Assembly: GCA_964035545.1 (NCBI GenBank)
Contig: OZ037772.1
Location: 8,797,150-8,861,149 of the forward strand
Direction of reading: 5' to 3'
DNA: 64,000 nt
From: Bugula neritina
Taxonomy: Eukaryota; Animalia; Bryozoa
The notes beneath the pieces were generated by a model. It ran no database searches and had not been told where the DNA came from. It saw only the letters and a program-made list of their open reading frames with translations. This document shows positions 1 to 12,267 of this stretch, one piece after another (the stretch's first letter is position 1; each line of letters starts with the position of its first letter). A program made the position numbers and the translations under genes.

Positions 1-243
1 CATTGTTGACTTTTATCCATCTATTTCTAATAAATTACTCTACACTACAATTGAGTTTGCTGCGGAACATACTACCACGCCAGGAAAATGTTATTATACC
101 AATCTGGCCAACCCTGGAGTAAAAAGTGCAGCCCATTATTTGACATCACAATGGGCAGCTATGATGGTGCAGAATGTTGCACTCTGGTTGGCCAATTTTT
201 ACTATATAAAATCAACAGGAAGTTTGGAAACACTTTCGGTCTA
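1..243 (+). mobile_element. Penelope-like element (PLE) reverse transcriptase fragment, degenerate
   Basis: Translates to IVDFYPSIS... then, frameshifted, FDITMGSYDGAECCTLVG...FGL. This matches the PLE RT motifs DIVDFYPSI and FDVTMGSYDGAEVCELVG..GLYRDD. It is cut off just before YRDD by a (CT)n tract. Confidence 0.7.
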
Positions 244-1614
244 TCTCTCTCTCTCTCTCTCTTTGCTAGCCCTCTAAGTAGAGTATGATGTCTGCCTACA
301 GCTGTTTGTGAGTAGCTTGATGACTTCTGAGTCCTATCAGTAATCTGCATATGTGGTCACAGCGGAAGCATTTGAGGTCATCACTCGGTGTGTCTGTTGA
401 GCTAAGCCTTCTTGCGGCCAGCTCTAAGTTCGTCTCTGTGTCGCATTCTTTCTTCTGCAAAAATTTGTATGCCTTTATGAACCATAGATCTCTATCTGGT
501 CCTCTTTGCGGCATTCCATTCCCAGGTCTCTGCTCTGATGTGAGAGCGCTTCATACTGTTTTTGAGACAGTCTTTAAAGTGCTTCCTCTCTCTTCCTTGC
601 AATCTTTTACCTATTTGTAGCTCCCCGTAAAGCATCTGTTGAGGAAGTCTGTGTCCTTTCATTCTCACTACATGTCTCGACCAACAAAGTCTGTTCTTGA
701 TGATGAGGCTTTCAAGGCTTGGAATCTTTGTTTGTTTGTATACGCTGTTATTAGTGCGCTTGTCAGTCCATTTGATGTTCAGTATTCCTCGCACTTTCCT
801 CATGTGATAATTTTCTAGCTTCTTTATGTCAGTACTGTAGGTAGCCCATGTCTCAAATGCATACAGAAGTGTTGGTATGATGACAGCCTTGTACACTTTC
901 AGCTTTGTGCTTACCTGCAGGTTAGAGTTGTCAAAGACTCTCTGCCTCAGCTTGCTGTAAGTAATACTAGCAAGTTGAAGGCGTCTGTTTATCTCTCTCC
1001 CCAGATCCGCCTTTGATGACAGGTTGCTTCCTAAGTACACAAAATCGTCAACAGGGTACAATGTTTCAACCCCAGCAACAATAGTGGGAGGGTCAACATT
1101 TTTTCCTGGTTTTGGTTAGCAGATAACTTGTGTCTTCTTTGCATTTAGCTTCAGTTCGAGAGAGTTGTAAGCCTTTTTGAATGCAGTCATGGCAGCTTAA
1201 AGATGTTCTTCAGAATCCGCCACTAGAGCATTGTCATCAGCATACTGCAACTCAAAGACTGATGTCTCTGATGTTAGTGTCTTGGTGCGCAGTCTTTGCA
1301 GATTAAACAGGTCCCCGATACAATAGTTTAGTCTGATGCCTGTAAAAAGTTCTTGTTTCACAAGGTACAGCACAACAAACAAGTAGATAGAGAACAGCTA
1401 TAACACAGCCCTGTTTTACACAGGTTTGCACCCTGAAAAATTCTGATTTTTGGCCATCGACTAGGACAGATGCTTCCATCTAATCATGGAGGAGACGGAC
1501 CATTGTCACAAACTTTAGGGGACATCCAATCTTTCCAAGTACGGTCCAGAGGGATGTTCTGTCCACAGTATCAAAAGCTTTTGTCAGATCGATGAAGGCC
1601 ATGTACAGGTTTTG
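244..1614 (-). mobile_element. RTE-clade LINE, 3' part (RT and C-terminal region), frameshifted
   Basis: Minus-strand pieces: FIDLTKAFDTVDR, ELQYADDNAL, FVYLGSNLS, YKAVIIPTLLY..ETW, LPQQMLYGEL..GKR..G and a C-terminal CxxC..H motif. The (CT)n tract at 244-260 is the probable tail. Confidence 0.85.
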
Positions 1615-2368
1615 CACAGGATAGTTAAGGGCATCCTCACTAAGAATATCATAAATTTCTCTCAAAATGTAGTTTAGGTTCTTGAATAATATGGCTTTGT
1701 GGTGGCATGCGTGTTGCCTACTTGCAATTGTTTAGCCTAAGATCAAACTACAACCAATAAGCAGCAACTTTCATTAGGGCTGCGTAATCTATCAACATTC
1801 CATTATGGGTGCTACATAAACAAAGTACAAAGCAAGCTATTCATTATAGCCTGCCAGCTAGCAAGCCTGTAATTAGTATGTACGCGCCAATATCTTCTCA
1901 TCCCTACGTGCTCATTGAAGCGTGAAGTAGTGCGCGCTGCTAATTTTCTATGAAAAAGTATAGCATTTTCAGTGTATAAATCACCAATTTATGGGCAATC
2001 TAGAAGAGTTATTGGAAAGAGAAAAGAACTTACACTGGAGAAATATCTCAGGATTCCAGCAGTGCAATTTTTATTCAGATATCATGTTTTCCTGCTGAGA
2101 TATTTTACTGGTACTGAAAAGTCAGCTTTTCAGGCAAAATTGGCCAAAATTGGGCAGTTTTCTGTCTATAACTTTGCAAAAAAATGAAAATTGAAATTTC
2201 CAAAAAAGTTACACTGGGGAAAAAGAAGATCTACAACATAGTTTTTAAATTTTGACTCTAGCACAATTAGGTGAGATTTTATTTTACTGGTACTGAATTC
2301 TTATATGATTACAATGCAAACCTCAGCAAGGCAGTTGCAGCTAAAAAGTTGCCCTTAACTATCCTGTG
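1615..2368. mobile_element. Non-autonomous DNA transposon (MITE-like) with 19-bp terminal inverted repeats, separating the RTE pieces
   Basis: CACAGGATAGTTAAGGGCA (1615-1633) and its exact reverse complement TGCCCTTAACTATCCTGTG (2350-2368). No coding capacity inside. Confidence 0.7.
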
Positions 2369-2374
2369 TAGTCT

Positions 2375-2950
2375 CTTGAAGTGCAGTCTTCTGAGTTCAC
2401 GCACCACAAATGCAGTACGCCTCTCAGGTCTGTCACTGCTCTTATTGTCCATAAGTGTTCGAACGTTCTATGTTGCCAATGTTATATGTTGTTTTCTACC
2501 GCATGAAGGTGAACCATCTGGATGCGGTATTCCAGCCAGGTTGAAGTTGAACAGACCATGTCTAGGACACATTTTCTAGTCCTTTCCTTGGATTGAGGTG
2601 AGCAGAGCGGTCCCTAAAAAGGGCTGCTCAGTCGTGAAAGCCACTACCAAACATTTCTCTTGTCCAATCCAAGAGATGAGCGACTGATAAGCTTTCACCA
2701 CTTATGTGTTAGTTGGAAGCTGAGGACTTCCAAGCTTCACTACCCTGTCCCCGTCGCCACCTTCTAATTTCCATAGGGCTTTGCAAGTGTTTGCAGGCAG
2801 AATGCTGTGCGTGGATTAAAGTGGTTCTCATGATGCACTACAGAGAGCCACTGGCTTGGCTTGTCATACCCTAATCCAATGGCAAGGATACCTCAACAAT
2901 TGGGGATATAAGTTGCAATGGACAGCCGTTGGTTTGTAGGCAACTCATCC
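2375..2950 (-). mobile_element. RTE LINE 5' part (APE endonuclease N-terminus and 5' UTR), degenerate
   Basis: Minus strand reads TLAT*NVRTLMDNKSSDRPERRTAFVVREL, the RTE endonuclease start LATWNVRTL...PERRTA..AREL. Confidence 0.7.
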
Positions 2951-2954
2951 GCCG

Positions 2955-3011
<57 letters not shown>
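2955..3011. repeat. (TA)n microsatellite
   Basis: Direct reading. Confidence 0.95.
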
Positions 3012-3012
<1 letters not shown>

Positions 3013-5237
3013 CTTACTCGTTACTCGTTACATATATGCTAATGAACCACTTTAATGTTTTCTGCTAATCATGAATCTTTTTTTCATAAAAATATTTCAC
3101 TCTTTGTAAATCCTGTCATATAACTTCTGCCTACTAATATGCTAAATTCTGACTTGAGTTGCTTAACCACACTATAGCTTCTCCCATTTGTGACTGTACA
3201 TCACACAAGGTTGCTGGTTTAGTGCATTCTTTAATTTTTCTTTTTTTGTTATATATATAGAGCTAACTATATATATTTTTTGTAAATTTTCAATGGGACT
3301 TATACATATTTTTAGAATTGGTTGTCATCCCAAGTTGTGCCATTGAAGATCAGTCATCAAACACAGTTTATCAGCCTGTACCACATTCATTGATAAAGAA
3401 AATTGAAAAGTAAGATAACAGTCTAATTTTTGTCTTTTTTTGCTAAGTAAAACTAAAATTCATAATTACAAAGCAGAAATGATTATATTATATGCTGATA
3501 AAAAATAATTACTCATAAATTTAGGTTTTGATCATAATATAATATATATAGGCTTCAGAATGTACAAATTTGACCTGTGTTTTACTTTTATAAGTTTTTC
3601 AAATGTTATAATTCTACAATATATTAGAGAAATAGTTGTAAATTTTGTTCTCAGATTTTTTATATGATTATGGTTATGCATTTTGCAAAACATTTTTGTC
3701 ATTATTTATGAAACTTTCCTCATTTTTATGGCAAAACATATTCGCCAGCTATTACAAATATTTTACAGGCTTTGCGATGATTTTGGCATAAATTTTGCTA
3801 CCATTGAACAATCAGCTATAGACTGGAGAAAAGTTTTAGTCTTTGGAAAAAAGGTGTTGAATATTGAGCCTAATCTTCGTGTTTTTCACGAATCTGATTC
3901 TGATTCAAGGAGATTTGAAATTACCTTAAAAAACAGTGATCATCCGTTTACTTTCAACACCCTTGGCTGGGAAAACATATTAAGTTTCAGAAAACGTAAG
4001 CTAGAAAGGCCTAATTTGTGGCAAGAGCCACCTTTTGACCACACCATCTGTGAAATCTTTCTGATTCTTCAACGAACACACAGATATACACAATCACCAT
4101 TGATGGATGTGTTTGCAGTTGCACCTGCACATTTACTTTTCAACAACAAGCAAAAAGTGGAAGGTCAACATGCTGATGACTTTTATATGAAAAAAATGTC
4201 AGAAGCAGAAAACAACCATGCGCAGCCTCAATCTCCAGTGATACCAAACTCTTTAAATGCAAGCCATGTGCACACTAATAGATTTGTGGATCCTGTAAAT
4301 GTACCTAGGCCTAGTGAAAGTAACCAAACTAATGTGGGTTCACAAAGAATTACAGCTGAAACAGACAGTGAAAATGAAGATCAATCACAGATTTCAAAAC
4401 TAAGAAGAGAAGTAGAAAGCCGGTCTACAAAACAAGGTTATTTCCTGAAATCTGAGAGGTTTCCATACTGCTATGCTGAACTCGAAAATCCTCCATTTTT
4501 AAGTTATCGTTACAGATATTACAATCTTTCATCAAGAATGTCTCCATCAGAGACGCTGTCCTTATTCTGTTGTCCAGAATTGAAGTGTCGCTCATCTGAA
4601 TCTATTTATTGCCCTCACAGGTTTATAAATGATGTAGCACTACTTCCAGTTAACCACAAAATTGCTTTTTGTTTTTACAAAATGATAGAGGAAAACAATA
4701 AGAAATGTCTTTCCGAAAATTCAGAAGTTATAGATGACTCACAAAATCGACAAATATCAACAGAACTTAAAGAAATTAAAACAGAAGAAGAGCTGAGACT
4801 ACTGAATGGTAAAAACGTCATGATCAAAGGAATGCATGGAACAATTATCTTTAAATGGCTCAGAACTTCTCAGGAGCACGTTTATGGCGCACATATAACT
4901 TTCACCTTGACACAAACCTATACACAAACACAAACAGATCATCATAGAAACACAGTGTAAGCTTTGTTTTTATTTCAGCTTATGACAGCATGCTATTCAA
5001 TTATGAAATCATAGTATATAGTCAAGTATGCTCAGCAAAAGAAGTAGTGATCAAGAGAATCTGATTTTTTGTTTCACCTAATATAATTCTTTTTAGCTAA
5101 TTATTTAATTTCAAGAAACATACATAATATATCAACACAGGAAAAAATCAGTATTTGGTTCCGTACAGTTGTGACTGTCAGAATACAATCTCGGGGTTTA
5201 TTTGTTTTTAGGAAACTGACATTTGGCGATTGTGGGT

Positions 5238-6018
5238 TGTAACTGCCCTCCTAGTTTGCTATGAAAGTTCCATACGGGTGTATGTTTTAGTGTAGATAGT
5301 TTATTGATTTACACTGTTCACACCATTTACACCTTTTACACCGTGAAACTACAATTTTCACAAAACAAAATGATTAAAATATGATAGAATAAGAGCAAAT
5401 TAAACACAGAAAAGTACATAAAAGAATTTGATAAATTGCTTGTTTTATAATTATTAAAATATTCAAAGTAACAGTATAAATCAACAAAGTAATAATATAT
5501 AAAAGCATACCTCTTTCACCCTTTCTAGGAGAGAGTTAGTAGTATAAAGAAAGCAACATTTTATACCGTGTGTTTGTAAAAATAGCTATAATATTATGTG
5601 AGAGTAGATGAGAATGGAACCTTGACGCTTGAGGGTTCTTACGATAATGTCCTGGCTAAATGTATTTTAACTGTTTTTGTCGGCATGTGTAAAGCTAGTG
5701 CACTCAGTTTCTTAGTCATGGTTTTTTGAGTGCAGCCAGTACAAAATAAAACTTGCAATGCACCGAGTGATACTAAAATGGTCTTGAAGATAAAAAAACA
5801 GTGACAAACAAGTGCTAAAGAGTACACTAAGGATGGGTGATTCATCGCTGTTGGAATATGTGACAACACAAACGCAGTGTGGCAATGTCGGTAAATGCTA
5901 AATTGCTAATTGATATATATTATGACAGTTATGAACAAATTGGCAGCAGAGTGTCAGTAAGCAAACTAAATAGAACCAAATTTATGAAATTTTATTATTT
6001 ATTATAAAGGACACTACA
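5238..6018 (-). repeat. 3' LTR of BEL/Pao element
   Basis: Direct repeat of 13213-13993 (offset 7975). Confidence 0.95.
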
Positions 6019-6091
6019 CTCCCACCTAAAATTTCAGAAATTTTCAGCAAAGTTTTACTCGTTATCCTTTAAATACATATGTATATATTTT

Positions 6092-8610
6092 TTAGTTTTC
6101 AATTAGTGTCACCAGCTTTGAGACAGGGCGGTGTAGGTACTTTTTGGAGTTCACAGGCTGGTTTCTATTACCAATTAAAATTTTGGCTGATCGGACTCTA
6201 CCGTCTTTTGATTTTATACATTCTACCACCTTTCCCATAGACCACTCATTTCTATTACCATTGTCATCCACAATAATCACTATGTTTCCGGTCTTCATTT
6301 CTCGGCCTGTTTGATTCACCCATTTCTGGCGAGATTGGAGATAGCACAAATACTCAGTGCGCCAGCGCTGCCAGAAGTTATTTGCCAGATGCTGCACAGC
6401 ACGCCAGCGCTTGCGGCTGTAAATATCACTGTCGGTGAATTCAGATGGAGGTGAAAGAATGATGTCTGACTTCATAGTCAGCAGGAGATTTGGAGTGAGA
6501 GGATGATGTTCTTCAGTGACTGTGGAAAGGGGCCTTGAATTTATGATAGCCATAACCTCATACATGAGGGTTCGGAGGTTACTGGTGTCGAGTCTTCCGG
6601 CATGTTTTCTCAGAACGTGCTGAAGTATGCTTCTAGCTGAACGGATCATCCTTTCCCAGACGCCACCCATGTGACTGGCTGCAGGCGGGTTTAGCTTAAA
6701 CTCCAGGACACCTTTCTCAGTTAGTTCAGGAATAGCGCCAATGAAGTTGGTACCCTGGTCACACCAGATTTCTCTAATGGGGCCGCGAATAGCAATTACG
6801 TTGCGAATGGCATTTATGAAGGAAGAAGTAGTCATGTCATCGAGTAGCTCGATGTGGACCGCTCGACTGGCCAAGCAAGTGACCATTAGACCATAACGTT
6901 TCAGTTCAGTGCGTCTATCCTTGACTTGGAAGGGGCCAAAACAGTCGACTCCACAATAAGTGAAAGGGGGTGACTCTGTAACTCTTTCTGCAGGAAGTGA
7001 AGACATATTTGGAATGACTGGCTTACCGCGATCACGACGGCAGTCCACACAATGATAGATGAGAGAGGTAACTAGCTGTCTAGCACCTATGACCCAATAA
7101 CCAGCTGATCTCATTTGAGCTAGGGTCATTCCACGACCTTGATGCTTAGCCTGGTTATGGAAGTGCTGAAGAAGAAGTTGGGTAAAATGTCCGGCCTTGG
7201 GAAGGATGATTGGGTGTTTGTTTGAGAACTCAATGAATGCGCTATGATCGAGTCTACCTCCAACTCTCATGATACCCTTTGAATCAAGGAATGGGCTGAG
7301 ATTGAAGATAGGGCTGCTTTGACTGATTTTCTTGCCATCTTTCAGGCATTGAGCTTCAGGAAGATGCTCCTGTTGTGCAGATTTGATGATGTATGATTCA
7401 GAGGCAGATTTTATATCATAAGAAGTGCTTTTCATGTGCTTAGAGCGTGCTTTCTGAATGAATAGTCCTGTCACTCTGACAGCTGTCGTCCAGGAGGAAA
7501 AGCGATGGAGCAAATGATAAAGTGTTGGATGGGTGGAGGTATCATGGGTTGAAGTAACAAGTGACTTGACCTCTTTGTCATCATTTCTAACTTGTGGGGT
7601 TGGCTGCTCAGGGATTACTATCGGTTCATTCCAGAGAAAATCTGGTCCCGTGAACCAGTTGGATTTGTTTAGCTGATCAATGGTCAGACCTCTTGAGGCA
7701 TGGTCAGCAGGGTTCTGGTCTGTTGGTACGTAAAACCAACTTTCTGGACATGACTGGTCTCTAACCTTTTGGATTCGGTTTGTGACATATACATGGAACT
7801 TCTTTGAGGTGTTTTTGAGATAGCCAAGTACAACTTGAGAATCAGTCCAAAATGTTTCAGTGACATCCATTCCAAGTTCTGACCTAATAATGCCGGATAC
7901 TTGTGCTGAGGTGACTGCTGCTTGCAGTTCCATGCGGGGGATTGTGATGGGTTTGATTGGAGCTACTCGACCTTTACTCATGAGCAAGGAAACATTGACT
8001 TGGTGCTTGGCATTGACCACTCTCAAGTAGCTGACTTCACCATAGCCATCTGTACTGGCATCGGAGAAATGATGAATTTCTGCTTTGGAGATATCACCGA
8101 AATCATGTGGTTTGTAGCATCTCTTGATGTGGATGTTGGAGAGATCGGACAGAGAAGATTTCCAGCTCTCCCACCGTAATAACAGTTCACCTTCTAGGGT
8201 TGCCTCCCATGAAGCTGAAATTCTACACATATCTTGGAGTATATTTTTACCCTTCAAAATGAATGGGGAGAGGAAGCCTAAAGGATCAAATATGGATGCA
8301 ATGGTAGAGAGAACACCTGAACGAGTGTTAGGGTTTGACTTGATGGATGAGCTGAATGTGAAAGCATCAGATTTGAGTGACCACAGAAGACCTAGAGTTC
8401 TTTCAATGGGTTGAGAATCATCATCAGGCTCAAGAGTTTGGATGTCTTGCACATTTCTTTCAGAAGCGGGGATAGACTCGAGAACAGCAGATGAGTTAGA
8501 TGAGAATTTGTGAAGACGTAAATTGCCTTCTTGGCATATGGATATGGCGTCTTGGACCACACTAATTGCAGAGTCAGTATCAGAGAAACTCATTAAACCA
8601 TCATCTACAT
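6092..8610 (-). CDS. pol: BEL/Pao pol C-terminal part (RT end, RNase H, integrase), separated from the upstream part by a 1-nt frameshift
   Basis: YVDDGLMS begins at 8611/8610 in this frame. Also HHFSDASTDGYG, IPRMELQAA, WTDSQ, NPADHASRG, integrase HHCC, GVDCFGP, DQGTNF and GVWERMI. Confidence 0.92.
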
Positions 8611-11600
8611 AAAGTTGTTTCTGATGAACGATTTAGCAAGTGTGTTTGGGTTGATGCTAGTGTCACAGAGTGACCGCAAACCGTATGTTGTGCATGCGGG
8701 GGATGACGTTGCGCCAAAGAGATGCACTTTCATTCTGTAAGGAACTATCTCTCCCTGTTCGTCATACCAAAGAAACCTGAGGAGATCTCTATGTTCAGGA
8801 AAAACCCGAAACTGATGGAACATTCTACCAATGTCACAGGTTACTCCTACCAGGTCTTTCCTGAATCTCATCAAAATACCTATCAAGCTATTCATTTGAT
8901 CAGGACCCTGGAGCAGATAGTCATTGAGACACATCCCTCCCACCTTGGCGGCTCCATCAAAGACAATCCGAATTTTTCCAGGTTTCTTGGGATGGTAAAC
9001 ACCAAAGTGAGGGATGTACCATGCGCTCTCATTGTTTTTCTGGTCATCTGGAACAAGTTCTGCCTCACCTTGTGTTATGATGTCATTCATAAATTTGTGA
9101 TAGTGCTCAGAGAAAGTAGGATCAGTTAAATTTTTTTGAAGATTTTTGAATCGATTGAGTGCCATGTATTTAGATTTGTTCGGACCGGGTTGAGATTTTA
9201 GTGGAAGAGGCATAGTGATGTGACCTTCTACATCTTTATATGTTTGCTCTTTCATGAGTTTCAAGAAGTTGACGTCATCGATTGACATCTTTGAATTCTC
9301 ATTTGACGGATCTGAATCAAAGTCAGAGCTTAGGATCTTAAGGATTTTGGTTTCCAGGTTGGCATCTTCATTGTGGCTGTCTGCCTGTATCTTAAATGAG
9401 ATATTTTCTCTGGTTGTGGGTTGTAAGACTGCAAGGTTTACTATCGTAAGCAAATTACGGGGGTTCTTTTGAGTATTATTTTGTGTGGTATTTCCCATGA
9501 GTAGCCAACCAAGATCACTCAGCCTAGCAAATGGCACATTGTCACCAGCAGTAATTTCTTGCCGTGACATGAATACTTGTGGCAGATTGCCACCAATGAG
9601 GAGACCGAGAGTGAGCTGGTTGCCTTCTTTGGCAGTGATGAATTCAGAAGCAAGGTGACGTAGATGGGGCCAGTCCTGTACGGACATGGAATTAGGAATT
9701 TCATTGCGATTGAAGGGTATTTGTGACTGACTAACACAAGTTGGCAGCTTAATATACTTTTGTCTATTGTAGCCGCGGACTAACAGCCCAGTTGCAGCTT
9801 GTCTGCTGGATGTAGACCCTTGTACATCTGTGAGGGTGCTGATATTCATGTCCGTATCATGAGTAGTGGCGTTGAGTGCATGAATAGTGTCGTGAGTGAT
9901 GAATGTGTGATTAGAACCAGAGTCTAATAGAGCATAGACTAGGACTTCATGGCCAGGATTTTCTATTGATGATACATACACTGGAATGGTCCATGAGGCG
10001 AGGTTTGCTGGCCTATTTCCGGCGCAGTTACGTGCGGTGGCTTGTGTTGGATTATTTTCGTTGCCTTTATTGGAGGTTGAGTTTTGAGTGGAGGACTTAT
10101 TTTCGCTGCCTCGAATTTGATTATGTGAAATTTTATTTGGTTGAGAGGTCTTATTTTCGCTGCCTCTATTGTAATACTTATGGAACACAGCAAGATGTTT
10201 TTGCTTACAGTCTTTTTTAGTGCACGTCGCAGGGTGGCGACATTTATCCATTTTGTGTCCCGGCTTCGCACATGAATAACAAAGGTTGTTATTGTCAAAT
10301 AATTTCTCTATGTCTGAATGAGGTAATTTTTCAAGTTTGAAACAGATGCCAGTGCCATGGTTGTTCATGTTACACATCAAGCATGGGTACCTACGCATAG
10401 GTTTTGTGGTGTCATGTGATATGTTGGCTGTTGTAGCTTGATTTTCTGAAGCGAGAAATGCTGTTGCCTGCTTTTCGGACTTGCGAGTAGGTTGATTCCG
10501 CCTATAGCTGTTATCATGGTTTCTATTTGATACGACTCTTTTGGCTATGGCTTTGTTTAGACTGTTGCTTGCTACATCAGCTTCTTTAGACAAGAACCGA
10601 ACAAAATCAAATATTGATGGAAACCGATCTGTTGCTGATTCTATTTCAGTTGCTATTTTGACCCAACGATTGCCTACCGATATTGGTAATTTAGCGAGAA
10701 TTTTCTCGTTTTCTCTTCGATCATTAAGGCAGTTGAGTTCAGGAAGCTTGTTCATGGCGGTTTGGCAGGATTCTAAAAAATTGACTAGTTCTTCCAGTGC
10801 CTCCCCGTCATGTTCTTTGATAAGGGGCCACTGTTCCAACTGGGTCCGATATGCTTCAGTGAGTATGTGGGGTTTCCCGAATTTATCATTTAGCTTGCGT
10901 TTTGCTTCTTTAAATGCTTCTTCAGTTCCAATTTGGAATAAATTTGCTACTACTCGTTTGGCTTTACCACCTAAATATTGTTGAAGGAGAGCTATCTTTT
11001 GGAGGGGATTGTAACTACCACTCTCAATGAGACCCTCAAATGCCACCTTCCAATCCAAATATTCGAGGGGTTCACCAAAAAATACAGTGGGCTCGGCAGG
11101 TTTTAGTTTGATTGTGTGAATAGCTTGTGCTAGTGTGTTAGCAAATGCTTGTTGATCAGAAACGGAGCTGATGTTCCATGGTGGAGTGACGTCTACAGGG
11201 CTCCTTGTAGGGTACGAAGTGGAGTCAGCTGGTGCCTGGTAGAGCTGAGGGTTGGTAATAGGATGTTTAGTCTGAGTCCTAGGTGCAGGTACTGGAGGCA
11301 TGATAGAAGGTTTGACTGGATTATGGGTTTCGACATGTAAATGTTTAAAGTTAGGTGCAGGTGCTGGAAGTACAATAGAGGAAGACTTGGCTGGATTATC
11401 GAGTTCGGCATGTGATTGTGTGAAGTTAGGCTGGGGTAGTGGATGAAAAAGTGAAATACTGCCTTCATCTTCCATAGCCTCAGAAAGAACCTGTTCTTCA
11501 GCTTCAATGGCATCAAGTTCTGCTTGAATTTTGCTTTGCTCTATAGCCATTGCCAATTGTTTGGCTTGCATTTCTAGTGCATGAGTGCTTTTTGATGACT

Positions 11601-12267
11601 CAAGTTTCTGTTTGAGAGCTGCAGATTTTGCTTTAGCTTCCAACTGCATAGCTTTAATTTTTGAACTAGCACGGGATGATTTGGAAGCTGAGGTGAGATG
11701 GGATCGAGATTGAATTGAAATGACTGAACCTGATGAGTTACGTGGTTTAGACAGAAAAGCAGCTGATGATGCGCCTGGTTGGTTTGATAAAGCAGTTTTA
11801 GAACGCGTTGTATAGACATGCATCAGCTCTAAGACTTGTTGCAGACAATTTTCATTATCTGCTCCTACGCGGTCAATTTGGTTTCTGACTTTTAGATCTG
11901 GTTCAAGATCGCCACAAGCTTCGCGCAATTGTTCATAGGCCTTGATTACATTGGCCTTCTCTTCAATAAGCTGCGTCTTTAAACCTTCTAAAGTCTCAAA
12001 CGATATCTCTTTATGTGAGGAAAATTCCTTACTTATGAACTGATGAAACACACTGCAGTTTTTTAGTATCTCTTTTAATTTATCTGCCAATAGTTTGATT
12101 TCAATACGTTTAGCATGAGTTGGATTGTCTTCATGTATCTCAACATGTCCTTGTGTGGGTGGAATTTCCTGTTCTAATGTCTCGTAATTTTTGGCTGACG
12201 AATTTTGGTCAAACTGAAAAGTGTCACTAATTGCAGCATTTTCTGATTGAGTATTTTGTTTATACAT
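8605..12267 (-). CDS. gag: BEL/Pao gag-protease-RT N-terminal part
   Basis: Coiled coil, capsid-like FFGEPLEYLDWK, three Cys/His knuckles (CLMC..H..C, CYSC..H..C, C..C..H..H), protease LLDSGS, RT YIPHFGV, DIGRMFHQ and HLFGATSSP. First ATG at 12267. Confidence 0.92.
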   Translation of the reverse strand: MYKQNTQSENAAISDTFQFDQNSSAKNYETLEQEIPPTQGHVEIHEDNPTHAKRIEIKLLADKLKEILKNCSVFHQFISKEFSSHKEISFETLEGLKTQLIEEKANVIKAYEQLREACGDLEPDLKVRNQIDRVGADNENCLQQVLELMHVYTTRSKTALSNQPGASSAAFLSKPRNSSGSVISIQSRSHLTSASKSSRASSKIKAMQLEAKAKSAALKQKLESSKSTHALEMQAKQLAMAIEQSKIQAELDAIEAEEQVLSEAMEDEGSISLFHPLPQPNFTQSHAELDNPAKSSSIVLPAPAPNFKHLHVETHNPVKPSIMPPVPAPRTQTKHPITNPQLYQAPADSTSYPTRSPVDVTPPWNISSVSDQQAFANTLAQAIHTIKLKPAEPTVFFGEPLEYLDWKVAFEGLIESGSYNPLQKIALLQQYLGGKAKRVVANLFQIGTEEAFKEAKRKLNDKFGKPHILTEAYRTQLEQWPLIKEHDGEALEELVNFLESCQTAMNKLPELNCLNDRRENEKILAKLPISVGNRWVKIATEIESATDRFPSIFDFVRFLSKEADVASNSLNKAIAKRVVSNRNHDNSYRRNQPTRKSEKQATAFLASENQATTANISHDTTKPMRRYPCLMCNMNNHGTGICFKLEKLPHSDIEKLFDNNNLCYSCAKPGHKMDKCRHPATCTKKDCKQKHLAVFHKYYNRGSENKTSQPNKISHNQIRGSENKSSTQNSTSNKGNENNPTQATARNCAGNRPANLASWTIPVYVSSIENPGHEVLVYALLDSGSNHTFITHDTIHALNATTHDTDMNISTLTDVQGSTSSRQAATGLLVRGYNRQKYIKLPTCVSQSQIPFNRNEIPNSMSVQDWPHLRHLASEFITAKEGNQLTLGLLIGGNLPQVFMSRQEITAGDNVPFARLSDLGWLLMGNTTQNNTQKNPRNLLTIVNLAVLQPTTRENISFKIQADSHNEDANLETKILKILSSDFDSDPSNENSKMSIDDVNFLKLMKEQTYKDVEGHITMPLPLKSQPGPNKSKYMALNRFKNLQKNLTDPTFSEHYHKFMNDIITQGEAELVPDDQKNNESAWYIPHFGVYHPKKPGKIRIVFDGAAKVGGMCLNDYLLQGPDQMNSLIGILMRFRKDLVGVTCDIGRMFHQFRVFPEHRDLLRFLWYDEQGEIVPYRMKVHLFGATSSPACTTYGLRSLCDTSINPNTLAKSFIRNNFM

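Noticed and set aside
3683-3768. ORF-track starts at 3683, 29407, 55784, 57847 and 14004 as real initiation sites
   Set aside because: They are TTG/GTG codons in introns or mid-exon; conserved AG acceptors (3768, 29321, 55716, 57929) explain the homology boundaries.
5639-5869. Identical 76-aa ORFs at 5639 and 13614
   Set aside because: Incidental frames within the two LTR copies, with no ATG start or recognisable motifs.
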